Shown here piece by piece: positions 1 to 13,529 of a stretch of 64,000 nucleotides of DNA. Made by a program: the position numbers and the translations under genes. Origin of the DNA: Octopus sinensis (lineage: Eukaryota); the NCBI RefSeq assembly GCF_006345805.1, contig NC_043007.1:42470001-42534000 (forward strand), read 5' to 3'. How positions within the stretch are numbered: position 1 is the first letter of the stretch; the number at the start of each line of letters is the position of its first letter. Under the pieces are notes generated by a model. That model saw only the letters and a list, made by a program, of their open reading frames with translations, was not told the origin of the DNA and did not search any database.

Positions 1-14
1 ATATTATAATCAAG

Positions 15-50
15 CATTAAGAGAAGGGATGGAGACCTAGAAAAAGCTTT
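15..50 (+). CDS. SPATA17: SPATA17 paralogue A, candidate 36-nt exon (xIKRRDGDLEKA-L)
   Basis: caag|C...TT|gtatct, phase 2-2. Joins in frame to exon 284. Same length and phases as the 36-nt exon of paralogue B (30722-30757). Acceptor is AAG; in-frame TAA at 7-9 limits the 5' edge. Confidence 0.55.
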
Positions 51-283
51 GTATCTACTGTTAAATTTCCTTTCAAATGTGCAGATTGTTTATAAAATTA
101 CTTTCCAGTGAAATTAAATCTGTTTTCACTGATAGAATTAAATATCTCTCACTTTCTGTTCAAAGATTTACATAATTTTTTTACGAAGTTTGAATAATTA
201 GCAATTCTGGAGTTTCAAGTTAAGATTAAGAATTAACCAAATAGAAAGTAGATCAACTGATTTCTGCTCTTTTAATATTCAAG

Positions 284-413
284 GAAATCAAAGCAAACAG
301 AAATCTATCACTCACTTTATGATTTAAAGCAAGGCACACTCCAGATCTCCACTGATAACGGATATCAGTTAATTCCTCCAAAAACTTTGCCGCCACTTCC
401 ACAGAAACCTCAA
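284..413 (+). CDS. SPATA17: SPATA17 paralogue A exon (KSKQTEIYHSLYDLKQGTLQISTDNGYQLIPPKTLPPLPQKPQ)
   Basis: Donor CAA|gtaaga, phase 0 into GPFLDP exon. Ends in QKPQ as in paralogue B. Pyrimidine tract then caag acceptor; in-frame TAA at 273-275 bounds the start. Confidence 0.75.
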
Positions 414-918
414 GTAAGACACCATTTTACTTTATTAATGTCCAATCAGGGTTCCTTCATCCAGCTCATTAATTATTATCACTTCATTTACTTATATATT
501 ATCTTCATTGTTATGCAGAATTTGCGATGCCATTGTATTGGGTGTCACTGTAACCTTGTATAAATTTCTTGTTTAGTTGGAAAATATGATCATGTTTTGG
601 GAAATTTTCAAAAATTTAATCTGTGTAAGAAATTATTACTTCCACTATTAAACTAAAAATTTATAATTTAGCAACTACATTCTTTTTATTAGGTTTAGAT
701 TTAGGCAATAATGTGATCTAACTTTCCTATTGCACCTAGTAAGGCTTGTAAACTTTGGCATGATGCCTATTTGGAAAGGAGACCATTGAAACTAGGTTAT
801 CTGTTTATTGCTGTGGTTCTCAAATTGTGTGCTGCAAAGCACTGGTGCACTCTAAATATTTAAATAAAAATATATAATTTTAGGCTTCAGAAAATTCATT
901 CCAATATTATTTTATTCA

Positions 919-920
<2 letters not shown>

Positions 921-994
<74 letters not shown>
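921..994. repeat. (GT)n microsatellite
   Basis: Pure GT run of about 37 units. Confidence 0.95.
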
Positions 995-997
<3 letters not shown>

Positions 998-1084
998 ATC
1001 ATCATCATTTGACATCCACTTTCTATGTTGGCATAGGTTGGACAGTTTAACAGGAAACTGGCAAGTTTAGGGCTGCATTGTAGA

Positions 1085-1405
1085 CTCAGGTTTGAGTTCA
1101 GTCCTACTGCATGGCACTTTGGGCAAGTGTCTTCTACTACAGCCCCAGACTGCCTTGTGGGTGAATTTGGTTGACAGAAACTGCATGGAAGACAATTGTG
1201 TGTGTGTGCTCCGCACCACTTGACAACTGATGTTGGTTTGTTTATATCCCCATAATTTAGCTGTTTGGCAAAAGGAATCAATAGAATAAGTACTAGACTT
1301 GAAAAGGAAACTAAAAACTGGGGGGTCGACCTGTTCAACTAAAAGCCATCAAGGCAATGACCCAGCATGGCTACTGTCCAAGAACTAAAAAAAATAAAAG
1401 ATACA
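1085..1405 (+). mobile_element. Degenerate CORE-like SINE
   Basis: ggttcagtcc..ttgggcaagtgtcttctactacagccc...atagaataagtactag...cagcatggc blocks shared with 58678-59098. Confidence 0.75.
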
Positions 1406-2485
1406 GTCAAACAGAATCCAAAAAGACTGGTTTTGGTCTGTGTTGGCAAGATTTGTAATATTTAGTAAAGTCAACAAGAGTACAGAGAACTTGCTTTGGG
1501 AAGTGGAAAATCCAACATTTCAAAAAGAGTCTTTCTGAGTCCTTCAACAAAAGGTTGATTGGAGTGAAATTGAAGAGACAGTAAAGATTTACATTATTTA
1601 TGTTAGTAAAACTGGCTGCAACTGATAAGGAATGCAGGACCACAAGAGCTTCATACAGGAAGTAGGAAATAAAAACTGGGAAATAAAAAAAAAGTGTCAT
1701 TGTCAATTGTCATTCAGGCAGTGTCCTTTGTTTCCAGCCTACCAAGACATTTGGTCTAGGAGAAATATTATCTTCTTAGGAAACAGGTGAGGATTGGTGA
1801 CAGGAAGGGCATCCAGCTGTAGAAAATCTATCTCAACAAATTCCAGCCAACTCATGCAAGCATGGAAAAGTGTATGTTAAAACAATGATTATGATCATGA
1901 TATATATGTGTCGGTGTTTGTCTTCCACAGTACTGTTAGTTTGTTTAAATACCCATAAAGAGTTCAGTAGAATAAGTACTAGAGTCGATTTGTTTGACTA
2001 AACTCTTCAAGACAGTGCCACATCATGGCTGCAGTCCAATGATTAAAAACAGTAAAAGAATACCACATCATAACCAATTACAGCAAGCAAACCAGGATAA
2101 TTTCACCAGCTAGCATACACAGATGATTCGTTGAGCCGTGCACACACTTCTACACTCTATACATACAGTTTTAGATACCACACATTCACACACACACTCA
2201 CACTTTCCAATTCTGAAATTTTTATATCTTTCTATATGAAATGTACCAGTAGGTTTTAATGTTCCATGCATAGTGTGCCAGTTGATTTTTTTTTCACTTG
2301 ATCTCCCATGCACTACAAAGTCATAAAGATTAAGGACTAATAGTCTATTCAAATGCAAAGTAACATACTAATGGCCCCCTTGGATTTTAAATTTTGAGTG
2401 AAACTTCCTCCTCTTTTGTATGCTTAGTCAGAATAAATCTTTACAATTACTGATATTTTCTTTTTATTTATCTTCAAATATTCAG

Positions 2486-2634
2486 GGTCCTTTCCTTGAT
2501 CCTGCAATTGTACATTTGCAGCGCTACAAACCTCTGAAACCCACACTTCGAGTAGAAACTAGTTTTGATTCTTTAGAAAAAGCAAGAAAGGAATTAAAAA
2601 TGGAAGAATGGGCAAAAAGACTCCATGATGATAA
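2486..2634 (+). CDS. SPATA17: SPATA17 paralogue A exon (GPFLDPAIVHLQRYKPLKPTLRVETSFDSLEKARKELKMEEWAKRLHDD)
   Basis: ttcag|...|gtaagt, 149 nt. Closely matches the recalled SPATA17 motif GPFR....V..QRYRPLEPTLRV......L..AREEL..EEW. Confidence 0.92.
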
Positions 2635-3175
2635 GTAAGTTTGATATAAATCTCCCATTTTACATATTTCTGTTCTAATCTAGTGTAAAAATGATTCTGA
2701 AGAACTGTTAAAAATTTCTCTTCTCCTTATATATGTCTGAATATATATTTTACACTACATTAAATTTTCATACCTCTACTCCAGCCTTCTGATCTAGTAA
2801 CAACATCCCTTTTCCCCAGACAATCATAAAAGAGAGTCAACACTGTTATGATCTAAGTTGTATATCGATACTCTTATTTTCCGTTTTGATTTTTAGTTTT
2901 AAGAATATTTTACCTTAATATTATAAATGGGAAAAGGCTTTCCTTTACATACATGAAGAGTTCAATTTATTTATTTTATTTCTATATTATGCAAGAATTT
3001 TTTTTGCAGTCCATTGTCCTTGAAATCAGTTGTAAAATAGAAGAAATACATATTGTTAATCAAGCATGCGGAGATAAATCTTGATAAGATTTGTTTTTCA
3101 TCTCGAAAAATTTTTTAAACTATAAGCTTCAAAATAAACTTGATATTAACTTCAGTCTTTTAATATCTTTTCCAG

Positions 3176-3305
3176 TTTCATATCACCTAAAAACTACCCA
3201 ACAAAATACCAACCTCTTCTCCATACAAAGTCTGAATATGGTCACAGACCATATGGCATGAAGTACTTCAGAGAGACGAACCACAAATTATTCATATCAG
3301 ACAAG
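3176..3305 (+). CDS. SPATA17: SPATA17 paralogue A exon (N-FISPKNYPTKYQPLLHTKSEYGHRPYGMKYFRETNHKLFISDK)
   Basis: tccag|...AAG|gtaaga, 130 nt, phase 2-0, open frame. KY.P..H..S.YG...FR..N.K..I.DK motif. Confidence 0.9.
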
Positions 3306-3877
3306 GTAAGAGAGCCAATATCTCCCTAACTTTATATACTAAAGTAGGTGTCTACCTCAAGCCAATGAGAAAACATTTATGCAATTATTCAATCTGCAAG
3401 TAGTAGTAGTAATCAAATCTCCCTCAAATCACAGTACTCTTTAAAACAAAAGAACATGTAAGATAATATAGTCCTAGATAGACTAAGCCTCAAAACTTAA
3501 ATATGGAATATCCATGTCAACAAAATTTTTTGATCATAGGTGAGCTCAAGAACTCTGACAATGCAACTAAACAGCAACAATGAGTCAATGAATGAATACG
3601 GTAGCTCAATTGGTGAGAAATAACCAAATCTCTCTTAAATCATACCCTTTTGTTTTAAAAAAGATAGCGAGAATACAAGTTAATGTCATCCTTGACACAC
3701 TATGTGCAAAAAAAAAAATGTGTTGATCATAGCTGAAACACTATTGATCATATATCTGCTCAACCAGATCTGACTTTTCTGTTAAACAACAGTAACAGTT
3801 GTCTTCCTTTAAATCAAGCTGTTTCTCTGTATTACATCCAAGTACTTCATTTCTTATTCTAAACTCAGATATTTTGT

Positions 3878-4052
3878 CTGCCTTTACGTTCTGAGTTCAA
3901 ATTCTGCTGAGGTCGACTTTGCCTTTCATCCTTTCGGGGTTGATGAATTAAGTACCAGTTACGCACTGGTGTCAATGTAATCAACTTAATCCGTTTGTCC
4001 TTCTTTGTCCCCTCTATGTTTAGCCCCTTGTGGGTAGTAAAAGAAATAGATG
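3878..4052 (+). mobile_element. 5'-truncated Meta-type SINE
   Basis: ttacgttctgagttcaaattc..gtcgactttgcctttcatcctttcgggg..agccccttgtggg, same family as 16842-17078. Confidence 0.85.
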
Positions 4053-4114
4053 TACTCTGTAAAATCTTCCCTCTACATGAATTTTATTGTATCATTGAAT
4101 TTTTTATTTTTCAG

Positions 4115-4153
4115 GACTTCAAGACATGCATATCAAACAGTTCCTATGCTTGA
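4115..4153 (+). CDS. SPATA17: SPATA17 paralogue A last coding exon (DFKTCISNSSYA*)
   Basis: Strong T-rich acceptor ttcag|GAC TTC AAG. DF(K/Q)T motif. Stop at 4151-4153 (see frameshift finding). Confidence 0.8.
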   Translation, partial: DFKTCISNSSYA

Positions 4154-4730
4154 ATCCACAAATATCTCACATTAGGTCAGGTTTATCCAGATTATGATTT
4201 TTAGAAGTATCTAATTGTTCAAATCTGCTGAGATTATGCACAAATCTAAAAATAATACCACCAGATACTGATTGAAGATCAAATCAATCAAAATATGAAG
4301 ACAAAAATATTGATGATTTTCTTAACACTACAGATGAGGTTAATAAGTTCAAACCATTATAAATGTTATTTACAACTTATCTCTGACATTTATGATTTAA
4401 TCCAGTTAAGGACATTTTTTTAATAAAATAGAATAAGTACATAATACATAGGTTACAAGAAGAAAAATTTTATAGCACTAAAACATAATTTAAGATAAAA
4501 AATAATACTTTTTCACAGCTCTGGATTTTCATTAGTCCTAAATGAATTTGTTAAGATTTTTGAGTTGTGGCTAAATCAACATTTGGTATTTTCCTAATTA
4601 TTTTATTAACTGTATATTATTTTATTAACAGACAATATTACATGACAAATTTCAAAGTTTGTTTTTATTTTGTTTTTTTAATAAATCTCTAAAATAAAAG
4701 TATTGCCTGCTTTTGGTCTATACATATCTC

Positions 4731-4956
4731 ATCATCATCACCATTTAATATCCATTTTCCATGCTTGCATTCATTGGACAGTTTGACAGGAGCTGGTGAG
4801 TCAGCAGACTGTGCCAAGTCTGCTTTGGTATGGTTTCTAGTTGGATTCCCTTATTAACAACATTATTTACAAAGAGTACTGAGTGCTTTTTATGTGGCAC
4901 CAGCACAAGAACAACTCTTCTATAGCAGACCATGTATGTATGTATGTATGTATGTA

Positions 4957-5000
<44 letters not shown>

Positions 5001-5036
5001 TAGACAGGCAGATAGATATGTATGTGTATATATATA

Positions 5037-5089
<53 letters not shown>

Positions 5090-5275
5090 ATGTGTGTGTG
5101 TGTATATATATATCATCATTTAACGTCCATTTCCATGCTAGCATGGGTTGGACGGTTCGACCGGGGATCTGGGAAGCCAGAAGGCTGCCCCAGGCTCCAG
5201 TCTTATCTGGCAATGTTTCTACAGCTGGATGCCCTTCCTAACGCCAACCACTCCGTGAGTGTAGTGGGTGCTTTT
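4731..5275 (-). mobile_element. Two RTE-tailed SINE copies separated by a compound (ATGT)/(GT)/(GA)/(TA) microsatellite
   Basis: catcatttaacgtcc..ttccatgctagcatgggttggac..ggatgcccttcctaacgccaaccac motif; microsatellite at 4933-5112. Confidence 0.8.
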
Positions 5276-6205
5276 ATATATATATAAGTGAGTACTATAT
5301 ATATACATATATATCTTGTTTGTAGAAATACATAAATCCAGAGGAGAAGCACACTCTAAGATGTAGACCAGTTAATATTATAGAGGGGTAGGCCGGTTTA
5401 TCTAACTTCTCTCAACGTAACAGATTTGGTCAATTTAAAAAGTTTTGTGGCTGTGTGGTTAAGAAGCTTGCTTAGCAACCACTTGGATTCAGGTTCAGTT
5501 CCTTGGGCTAGTGTCTTCTACAATAGCTCCAAGCTGATCAATGCGCTGTGAATAAATCTGGTAGACAGAAACTATGTGAAAACCTACAGTATAGGCATGT
5601 GTAGTGCCCCAGCATGGCCACAGTTCAATGACTGAAACAAATAAAAGATAATAGAAACTGTCACATTTCCTCTGTAAAACTGGGATAACAGTGACCCATC
5701 TGAGAAATGAACACCACAAAGTGGGGTGGCTGTTGCTGGCCATTCTCTGCAGCAACACCTTTGTAATTTTGTCTGTGAGGCATAGCTGAACATGCCATTT
5801 GGTCTGGGGTGTACAACTTGTTACTCCCTTCCATCTTTTTCTTCTTTCTTTTTTGTTTCCTTGGTGAGGTAGTTCTTGAAGAGGTTTTCTCAATAATGTC
5901 ATCTTATATATTTTTTATGTTTTTGTTTTCTTTTCCTCCTGTAAAAATATATATCTAAATAAAAAATTTTAGTACATAAGATGTAAAACTGAAAAAATTC
6001 TAGTGCAATCACCTTAAGTAATCACAGACAGCCTGGCATTGATCAATATATTTATGTAAATATGTTGATTGCTAAAGATGGTTAATGACTGCGCAGAATT
6101 TTTGAGGAATGTGTTAAGAGAGTTAAGAAATGGGAATAATGAATAAAAGGCTAAAATGATATTATTTATTTTTGTCTTTGTCCTGTTTATATGTATACAA
6201 AACAG

Positions 6206-6481
6206 CGGTGATTCTCAACTAGGGTCTGTATGGCCCTTTGGGGAGTCCATGTAAGATTTTGTTGTAAAAATTTATCTGCAATAAATTGGTTATTCTGCTA
6301 CAATACACAAAATATTTTAACAATTCTTTTTATACAATTCCTAATATTATTTAGTTATAAAAATATAAAATGATTTTTTAAACAGTGGTTATGAGGGTAC
6401 ATCTTATGTACTAAAATTTTTTATTTAGATATATATAGGAATCAAAGGAGTCTATAGGTAAAAAATGGTTGAGAAACACTG
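6206..6481. mobile_element. hAT-like MITE
   Basis: Terminal inverted repeats cggtgattctcaac / gttgagaaacactg. TSD not recognisable. Confidence 0.65.
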
Positions 6482-7531
6482 TAGTAGAGTATGTAGTTTT
6501 AAATGTATTTTTATATTAATGTAGGGTACAAATTTTATTGTACAAAACTTGTAATTCTTCACAAAACTTTTTAATATTTACATTCTTTTACAACTCTGCA
6601 ACAAGTGATCACCAGTCTCAGTGTCTGTTCATAAAAAAATTCACTCTATCCTACAGTGACAAAATTTAAGTTGATGATGATGAAATTGAGATAGACAAAG
6701 TAATCAAGGCTGGCAATAATGAAATTGAGGTTGACATTGAAAAATATATCAAATTTGAGGGGAAAACCATGTTAATCAGTTTGAATTTCAGAGTTGTCCC
6801 CTTGTTTTTAACTATCGTTAAGCATTAATATTAAAGTATTTTTCCCTCATTACAGATGTAATTTTGATTAAAAATTTGGGATGACTCATTAAAATATGAT
6901 AATTAAAATATGAACTATTGACTTATATTATTTTTACCTCACTGAATGACTGTTCCATATTAACTTTTTAATGCTCACTGCATTAAATATATCATCACCA
7001 ACTTAATTAACTGATTATTGTTATTAACCACATTATATGAACTATTTTAGTTCCCACTTAACATATGTTCTCCATGTAGAATGGATCCCAGAGAAATCCC
7101 ATGTTTTTGGAGAGATTTTTAATTATTTAATCAGTGAATGTTTTTTTCTTTAAAAACCTATATATTCCTGTAGTTATGGTAAGTATGAGTAAGACTATGC
7201 TTAGCTGAATAGATCTCATAAGATAGAAATATGTCCAGCGTTGCCACCATACATATTTCATTCCTATTATATACCTCTTTTTTAATTGTTAATCAGTTTC
7301 ATATTGCAGTTTTCTGTCTAGCCATTGGTATGAATTATCATTAATGCTAATGATTTCTGTTTTTATGACATTGGAGAGCTGTCTTGGCAGTGTAATTTTT
7401 ATTGATTATACATTTAGTTCTCAATTGTTCTTCCTATAGATGGTATCCTTTGGGAATTTTTTACTGTTAATGTAAAACAACTTCTATCAACTTATACTGA
7501 CATAACTAACATGAAAAGAAAAAGAATATAT

Positions 7532-7757
7532 TTAACTCAATAGTATTTAAACCAGCTATATCAGGCCCATTTTAGGCTCAAATAATCTACTTGAAACCTG
7601 TCAGATTTGCATTCTCTCACCTATCCTCTAATGTCATTCTAAAAATAACAATTACATCTCAAAATCTTGGAGCTACAAGATAATGCATGATTAATTTGAG
7701 ACAATGTGAATAAATAAGCATTACATTTGACAGACTAATCTCAATGCTAAACAGTTA
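7532..7757. mobile_element. piggyBac-like MITE (family also at ~24305-24530, 30363-30578, 37400-37525, 51996-52215)
   Basis: Shared internal text (tttaaaccagc..atatc..caatgtcattctaaaa..gataatgcatgattaatt..tgaatgctaaa); decayed TTAA/CCCT ends. Confidence 0.65.
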
Positions 7758-8909
7758 AAGATAAACAGTGTGTTACTGTAACAAGATCTAACTTATACAG
7801 CTCCTGCCTCCACCTGCACTGTCTCATCAGCATGAAACATATCTACCTCAAAGTAGATTTAGCTTTTTCATGTTCACTGCATTAAACAGGTTAGCACTGA
7901 CTTAATTATTGCTTTTTATGTTGGTGACATCTTCGAGTAATTTATTCTCTTAAATATGTTGATTTTCTACATCAACTAGTGTATATTTACTTAGTGATTT
8001 TCAGATCACTACTTTGGAATATATACTGAGGTACAATAATAAGATTCAATGAGGTATAATGTTCAGAGTTGTCTTCCATACTTATTAAGGATAATTAAAA
8101 TATGAACCATTGACTTATATTGTTTTTACCTTACTGAATAACTATTTCATATTAACTTTTTAATGCTCACTGCATCAAATATATCATCACCAACTTAACT
8201 TATTATTGTTATTAACCACATTATTTCCAAGCAATAACTCTGTACTAAATTATACAATATCAATAAGCTACACAGGAATAATAACTGTGATACTTTGGTA
8301 AAGTATTTGGCTGCCTCTGCTCTGGTTATCACCAGAAGAAAAGCTCTACTTGATCATACGACCTGCAAGAAATAGCAGCTAAATTTCCTTCATATTACAC
8401 CTTATTGCCTTAAAAAGGAAGGACTAAATGGATAATGTAGTTCTAGATCAGGGATTCATAAACAGACCCCTAAAGGCCAATGGAACTATGTGGCATGGAG
8501 GGAGGGTATCAATCAAATTCTGAATTTCAGCCACATGACATCAGGTTCAGTCCCACTGAACAGCAAATGCTTTCTACTATAGCCTGAAGCCAACTAAAAC
8601 CTTGTGAGTGGATCTGGTGGTTGAAAATTGAAGATTGTTGTGTATGTGTGTGTGACAAGAGGAGATGACAAGGGGTCGAGATTTCTGGTTGAGAAGACAT
8701 GTCAAGTAAAGTAAAATTGTAGCCGTCTATGCATGCAGGAATGTCCTCTACATCCCTCTCTCAACAGAGAGATCCTAGTCTTGCAGGCTTGTGGGTGCTG
8801 GTGTCACATAGAAGCACCCATGCCAGTGCCTGTACTGGTTGCATTTTTAAAGCACCCAGTACACTCTGTAGAGTGGTTGGCATTAGGAAGGGCAACCAGC
8901 CATAGAAAC

Positions 8910-9298
8910 TATACTCTTTTACTTGTTTCAGTTATTTGACTGCGGTCATACTGGAGCACCACCTTTAATCGAGCAACTCGACCCCGGGACTTATTCTTTT
9001 GTAGGCCCAGTACTTATTCTATCGGTCTCTTTTGCTGAACCGCTAAGTAACGGGGACATAAACACACCAGCTTCGGTTATCAAGCAATGCTAGGGGGACA
9101 AACACAGACACACAAACACACACACGCATACATATATACGACGGGCTTCTTTCAGTTTCCGTCTACCAAATCCACTCACAAGGCTTTGGTTGGCCCAAGG
9201 CAATAGTAGAAGACACTTGCCCAAGGTGCCACGCGGTAGGACTGAACCTGGAGCCATGTGGTTGGTAAACAAGCTACTTACCACACAGCCACTCCTGC
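8910..9298 (-). mobile_element. CORE-like tRNA-derived SINE, near full length
   Basis: Reverse complement of 58678-59098; sits inside an RTE-tailed SINE whose halves lie at ~8790-8908 and ~9300-9395. Confidence 0.88.
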
Positions 9299-10769
9299 AC
9301 CAAAACATACAAACAAAATCTGGGTAGATCTCCAGCAAGCTCCTGTCAAACCATCCAACCCATACCAGCATGGAGAATGGACTTTAAATGATGATTGTGT
9401 GTGGAGTACATCTGTGATCATTTGTATGAAATTGCTGTGGACTGTGTTGTTAGTTGCTCTTGTCAACAAATCGTCTACTATTTTCTTTCGTTCCTTCGAT
9501 CTTCATAGAATAAGGGATCTCTTACTTGAAAAACAGGTATGGGTAGCACCAGAAAGGGCACCTGCCTGTAAAACGATGCCTCAAATAATATATTCATCCA
9601 ACCCATGCAAACATAGAAAAATGAATGTAAAACCAACAAAAAAAAAATCATATATAATCTGTGCTTTTATGGTCTGCGAAATGTACCAAAGTTAGAAATG
9701 TCATTTCAAATCACAAGAAGTGATTTGAGTGAAATTTGGTGAATAATTTTAAAATCCTTCTTACTGTCAGAACATTTTCAAATGTTATACACTGCTGCAG
9801 GTGTAATGCATCTTAGACCCTATTGTTCATTGTTCCATTTTTAAAATAGTGGGATCTGCTTATTTGTCTCACCAGCAAAATTATGACGATTTCCTTAATG
9901 ACCTTTCCTGTTTCTTTTGTTGGTATTTTACAAACTAAACACTTTACAACATTTAGTTTTGGCATTTGTCTCTGTACATACACTGAGAATCAATTCAGAC
10001 TACTGTATCAATGTTTCTCATTGAGAGAGCAGAACGTGTATAGGGGCTACGAGAATGGAAAAGAGGACAGACATATCATTTTTTAATACAAGTAATATGG
10101 TTTCCAACTTTTAAGATCTGTCCAACAAATAAAAGAGATTTATATGTATGCATAGTCTATTTTATGTTCACATTAATAAAGGGTGGGGTGTAAAATAATT
10201 TTACTAATATTCTTGGGGATGGGTTGGGATGGGACTGATATTTATTTCTTTGAGAATTGCTCAACTATATACCTCCTTTATAAATCTATGGCCTTGTGCC
10301 AGTCGTCTGGGCTAATATATTTCATTTTCATGTAGTAATGTTCAAAAATATATGTACTGCTGATAGAAAGAAATCAATAGAAAACAAAAACAAGAAATCA
10401 ATATTTTTTCTTATTAGTGTTGCTCCTGATAAATCCCCAGGTCAATCATGATCTAGCAGCCTTATAATGCATGTTAATCATTTAAATGATGAGATGTGAT
10501 TTGTAGATAATGCTTAATTGTAAAGATATCATGTCTTCTGATGGAGGACCATACTTTGTACTCCAAACTGCAGTGGTTTATTTATTATATGGGAATGGAA
10601 TATGTTAGTCTGGGCATTTAACTTTTTTGTTTTTTCACCATCAGATCTGTTTTTGAAAGCTATGAATGCAGTAATTGTTGTTTTGGCCCATGTCAAACCT
10701 GACTGAGCTGACCTATGCATGACCCACTGCATTTCAGTCTCAACCATCCTGTTCTAAAATTGGTTTCAA

Positions 10770-10975
10770 AGATTGGCACAAGGTCAGCAAGTTCGGGGAA
10801 GGGGTAAGTTGATTACACCAACTCTAGTCCTCAACTAGTACTTACTTTATCGACCCCAAAAGGATGAAAGAGGAAGTTGACCTCAGTGGAATTTGAACTC
10901 ACAATGTAAAGACAGACAAAATGCTGCTAAGCATTTTGCCTGGCATACTAAAGATTCTGCCAGCTCACCACCTTA
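10770..10975 (-). mobile_element. Meta-type SINE
   Basis: ttatcgaccccaaaaggatgaaag..ggaatttgaactc..ttctgccagctcaccacctt. Confidence 0.8.
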
Positions 10976-12013
10976 TCCCATTTTAATATTAGTATGACTA
11001 CACTATTCAGTGTGTCAGTTCTTTTCTCCAAGACAATAGGTTGTGATTTAAGGGAGATTTGGCTGCTGTTTCTAGTTGAGCAATCATGAGCAAAATGTGG
11101 TCTGTGGGACTTTCTGAATGGCACACTAATGAAAAATTACCTTGAATTTTTTCAGTACTGCATTCACCTAGAGTGGGTTGAGTTGACTCTGACCAACAAG
11201 TTTACCACATCCTTCAAGATTGTTGACCACATCCGATGGCCGTCTGTAGTAAATTTCCCAACTTTAATTCCAAGTAACATCAGATTCTTTAATTTACGAG
11301 ATAAAAATAAATTAGCTGAGCAGAATCAAAATTCAGAACTGCATCCATACACCAAAATTTAAAACAGTCTGAGCAAAATTAAAGGGGACTGATTTTGTGA
11401 ATGAAACAAACTAGATCCGCTGTAGCGAATGATAGTCAGGAAATTCCAGCTAGCTCAAGAATAAAATAAATTTTATGTTCGGTTAATTTTAAAAAAATTC
11501 TTTTTTTATTTCACCAACTTCTAAAGAGGCTCAATCTGCTAGAGATAACAGCCTATTTTTCATCAAATCACACACCATTAGCTTTAAAGAGCATTTTATT
11601 AACACTTATTTCTTCTAAATAGTCTTCATACCACTGGATCGTTTATCAAAATGGCAAATTATATTTTATGGTTAAAAGGCAAAAATAAATCTTCAGTGGA
11701 AATTGTAATTTTTCAACTAGAACTGCCATAGTTTTGACTTTATGCTCATCATCTTTACATTAACTGCACTTTCACGATTTCTTCCTTCTTAAATTTGGTT
11801 AGGTTATCTTGTTTGTTTGTCTTTTAAGAATATTTCATTTTTGTACAGGCTGGGTGCCAAGATTACAACATCATCTCGGCTCATTTTTAATTCAAAATTA
11901 GAAGTACACAAAAACAAGTATGAAAACACACGAAATCAATAATTTGGACTATTCCATACATTTAAGCTATATGGATGTCTGTATTTGCACATATGTGACT
12001 TTTGGATATATAT

Positions 12014-12350
12014 CATTGTTTAACGTCTGCTTTCCATGCTAGCATGGGTTGGACGGTTCGACTGGGGTCTGGGAAGCCAGGAGGCTGCACCGGGCCCAGT
12101 CTGATCTGGCAGTGTTTCTACAGATGGATGCCCTTCTTAACGCCAACCACTCCATGAGTGTAGTGGGTGCTTTTTTACATGCCACCAGCACGGTGCCAGG
12201 TGAGGCTGGCAACAGCCACAATTGGCTGGTGCTTTTTACGTGCCACCGGCACGGAGGCCAGTCAGGGCAGCGCTGGCAACGGCCACATTTGGATGGTTCT
12301 TTTACGTGCCACCGGCACTGGTATCACAACTACAATTTCCATTGATTTTT
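12014..12350 (-). mobile_element. RTE-tailed SINE with internal tandem ttttacgtgccacc units
   Basis: High similarity to 5113-5275 and 59239-59590. Confidence 0.85.
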
Positions 12351-13529
12351 GAGTGAATTCAATTTCGATTCCAATATAAAAGAAATACATAAATTATAAA
12401 AACTCCAGTTGACTGGAATATTCAGAAAAACACACTGGCCTCGACAGTTACATATTTTCCATTTTGAATTTTTTAAAAATAAGTATAATATACATAAGGA
12501 GAAGGAAGGGCACTTGTCAGAATCAACCCGTGAAGAGGACATTGTCATTCGTTCTTTGTCGACTCAAGGTGGCATGCTAGGTAGGTATTAATAACCTTTC
12601 TGGCCTCATACCTGGGTTACAATGAAGTCCAAAGTCCAGTGGAGCAGGTAGAAATGTATCATATACCATCAAGGGTTTGCTACCTCTAATTGTCTCAGAC
12701 CCCTTGCTATCTCAAAACCACCTACAAGCGTCCCTTAAATTATAGATCCTACATTGTCACATGCAAATCCACAGAAGTTAAATCTAGTGGACAATCTTCT
12801 TTAACTTTTATAGTCTTTTCCAGCACATCTCCCTCACTATCATCTGGAGCAATGCCTTTTCCATTTTGTCTGCTGGCGCCATGAGATGTTTTTTTTATAT
12901 TGTGAGAGGCAAGATTCTCTGATAGAACAGTGAGTCACAACAAAATGTTGATAGCTTATACATAATAGACTATCCTTTTATAGTCCAAAATTATCATTTG
13001 TTTCATTGCTGGACAACCACATGCGAAAATTGCTACTGTCGACCCAAACAAGATACTGAACATTGCTGTTAAACACCAAGAAGATTGGACAGTTGTTGAT
13101 TTGGTACAAACTCTGGAATTAGATGTTAATTGTATTGAATGGTGCACAAAACGCCAATTAATTCACAACAGTTGTGCATGCAAACAGCATGGAGAGCCTG
13201 TCAGACAAATTTCACATAAGGAACATTGAGACAGTTACCTATGGAAATATGCAGTTGATGTAATTGCATAAACCAATTCATTAAGTTTCATTTTTTTTTT
13301 ACTGATGACATGTGGCCTACATTACTGGGTGTTTGGAGGTATTGAACACGGAACGAAAAAGTGCTACTTCAAATTATCCAGAACTGATGAAACTTGACAG
13401 CTACTATTAACTGAAAGGCTTGTTGCCCCTGGCTAATTCTATCATATTTTAGATGGCTGACATGCCTTGAAACAGCCAGAAAATTTTATGCACTCCAATG
13501 TTCCTTAAGTTCACAAGCAATTATTAAAG

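Noticed and set aside
916-1338. 140-aa ORF and similar HT/YI/CV-repeat ORFs (4745-5287, 58553-58919, 60124-60390, 61799-62082)
   Set aside because: Translations of microsatellites and SINEs; no splice or homology support.
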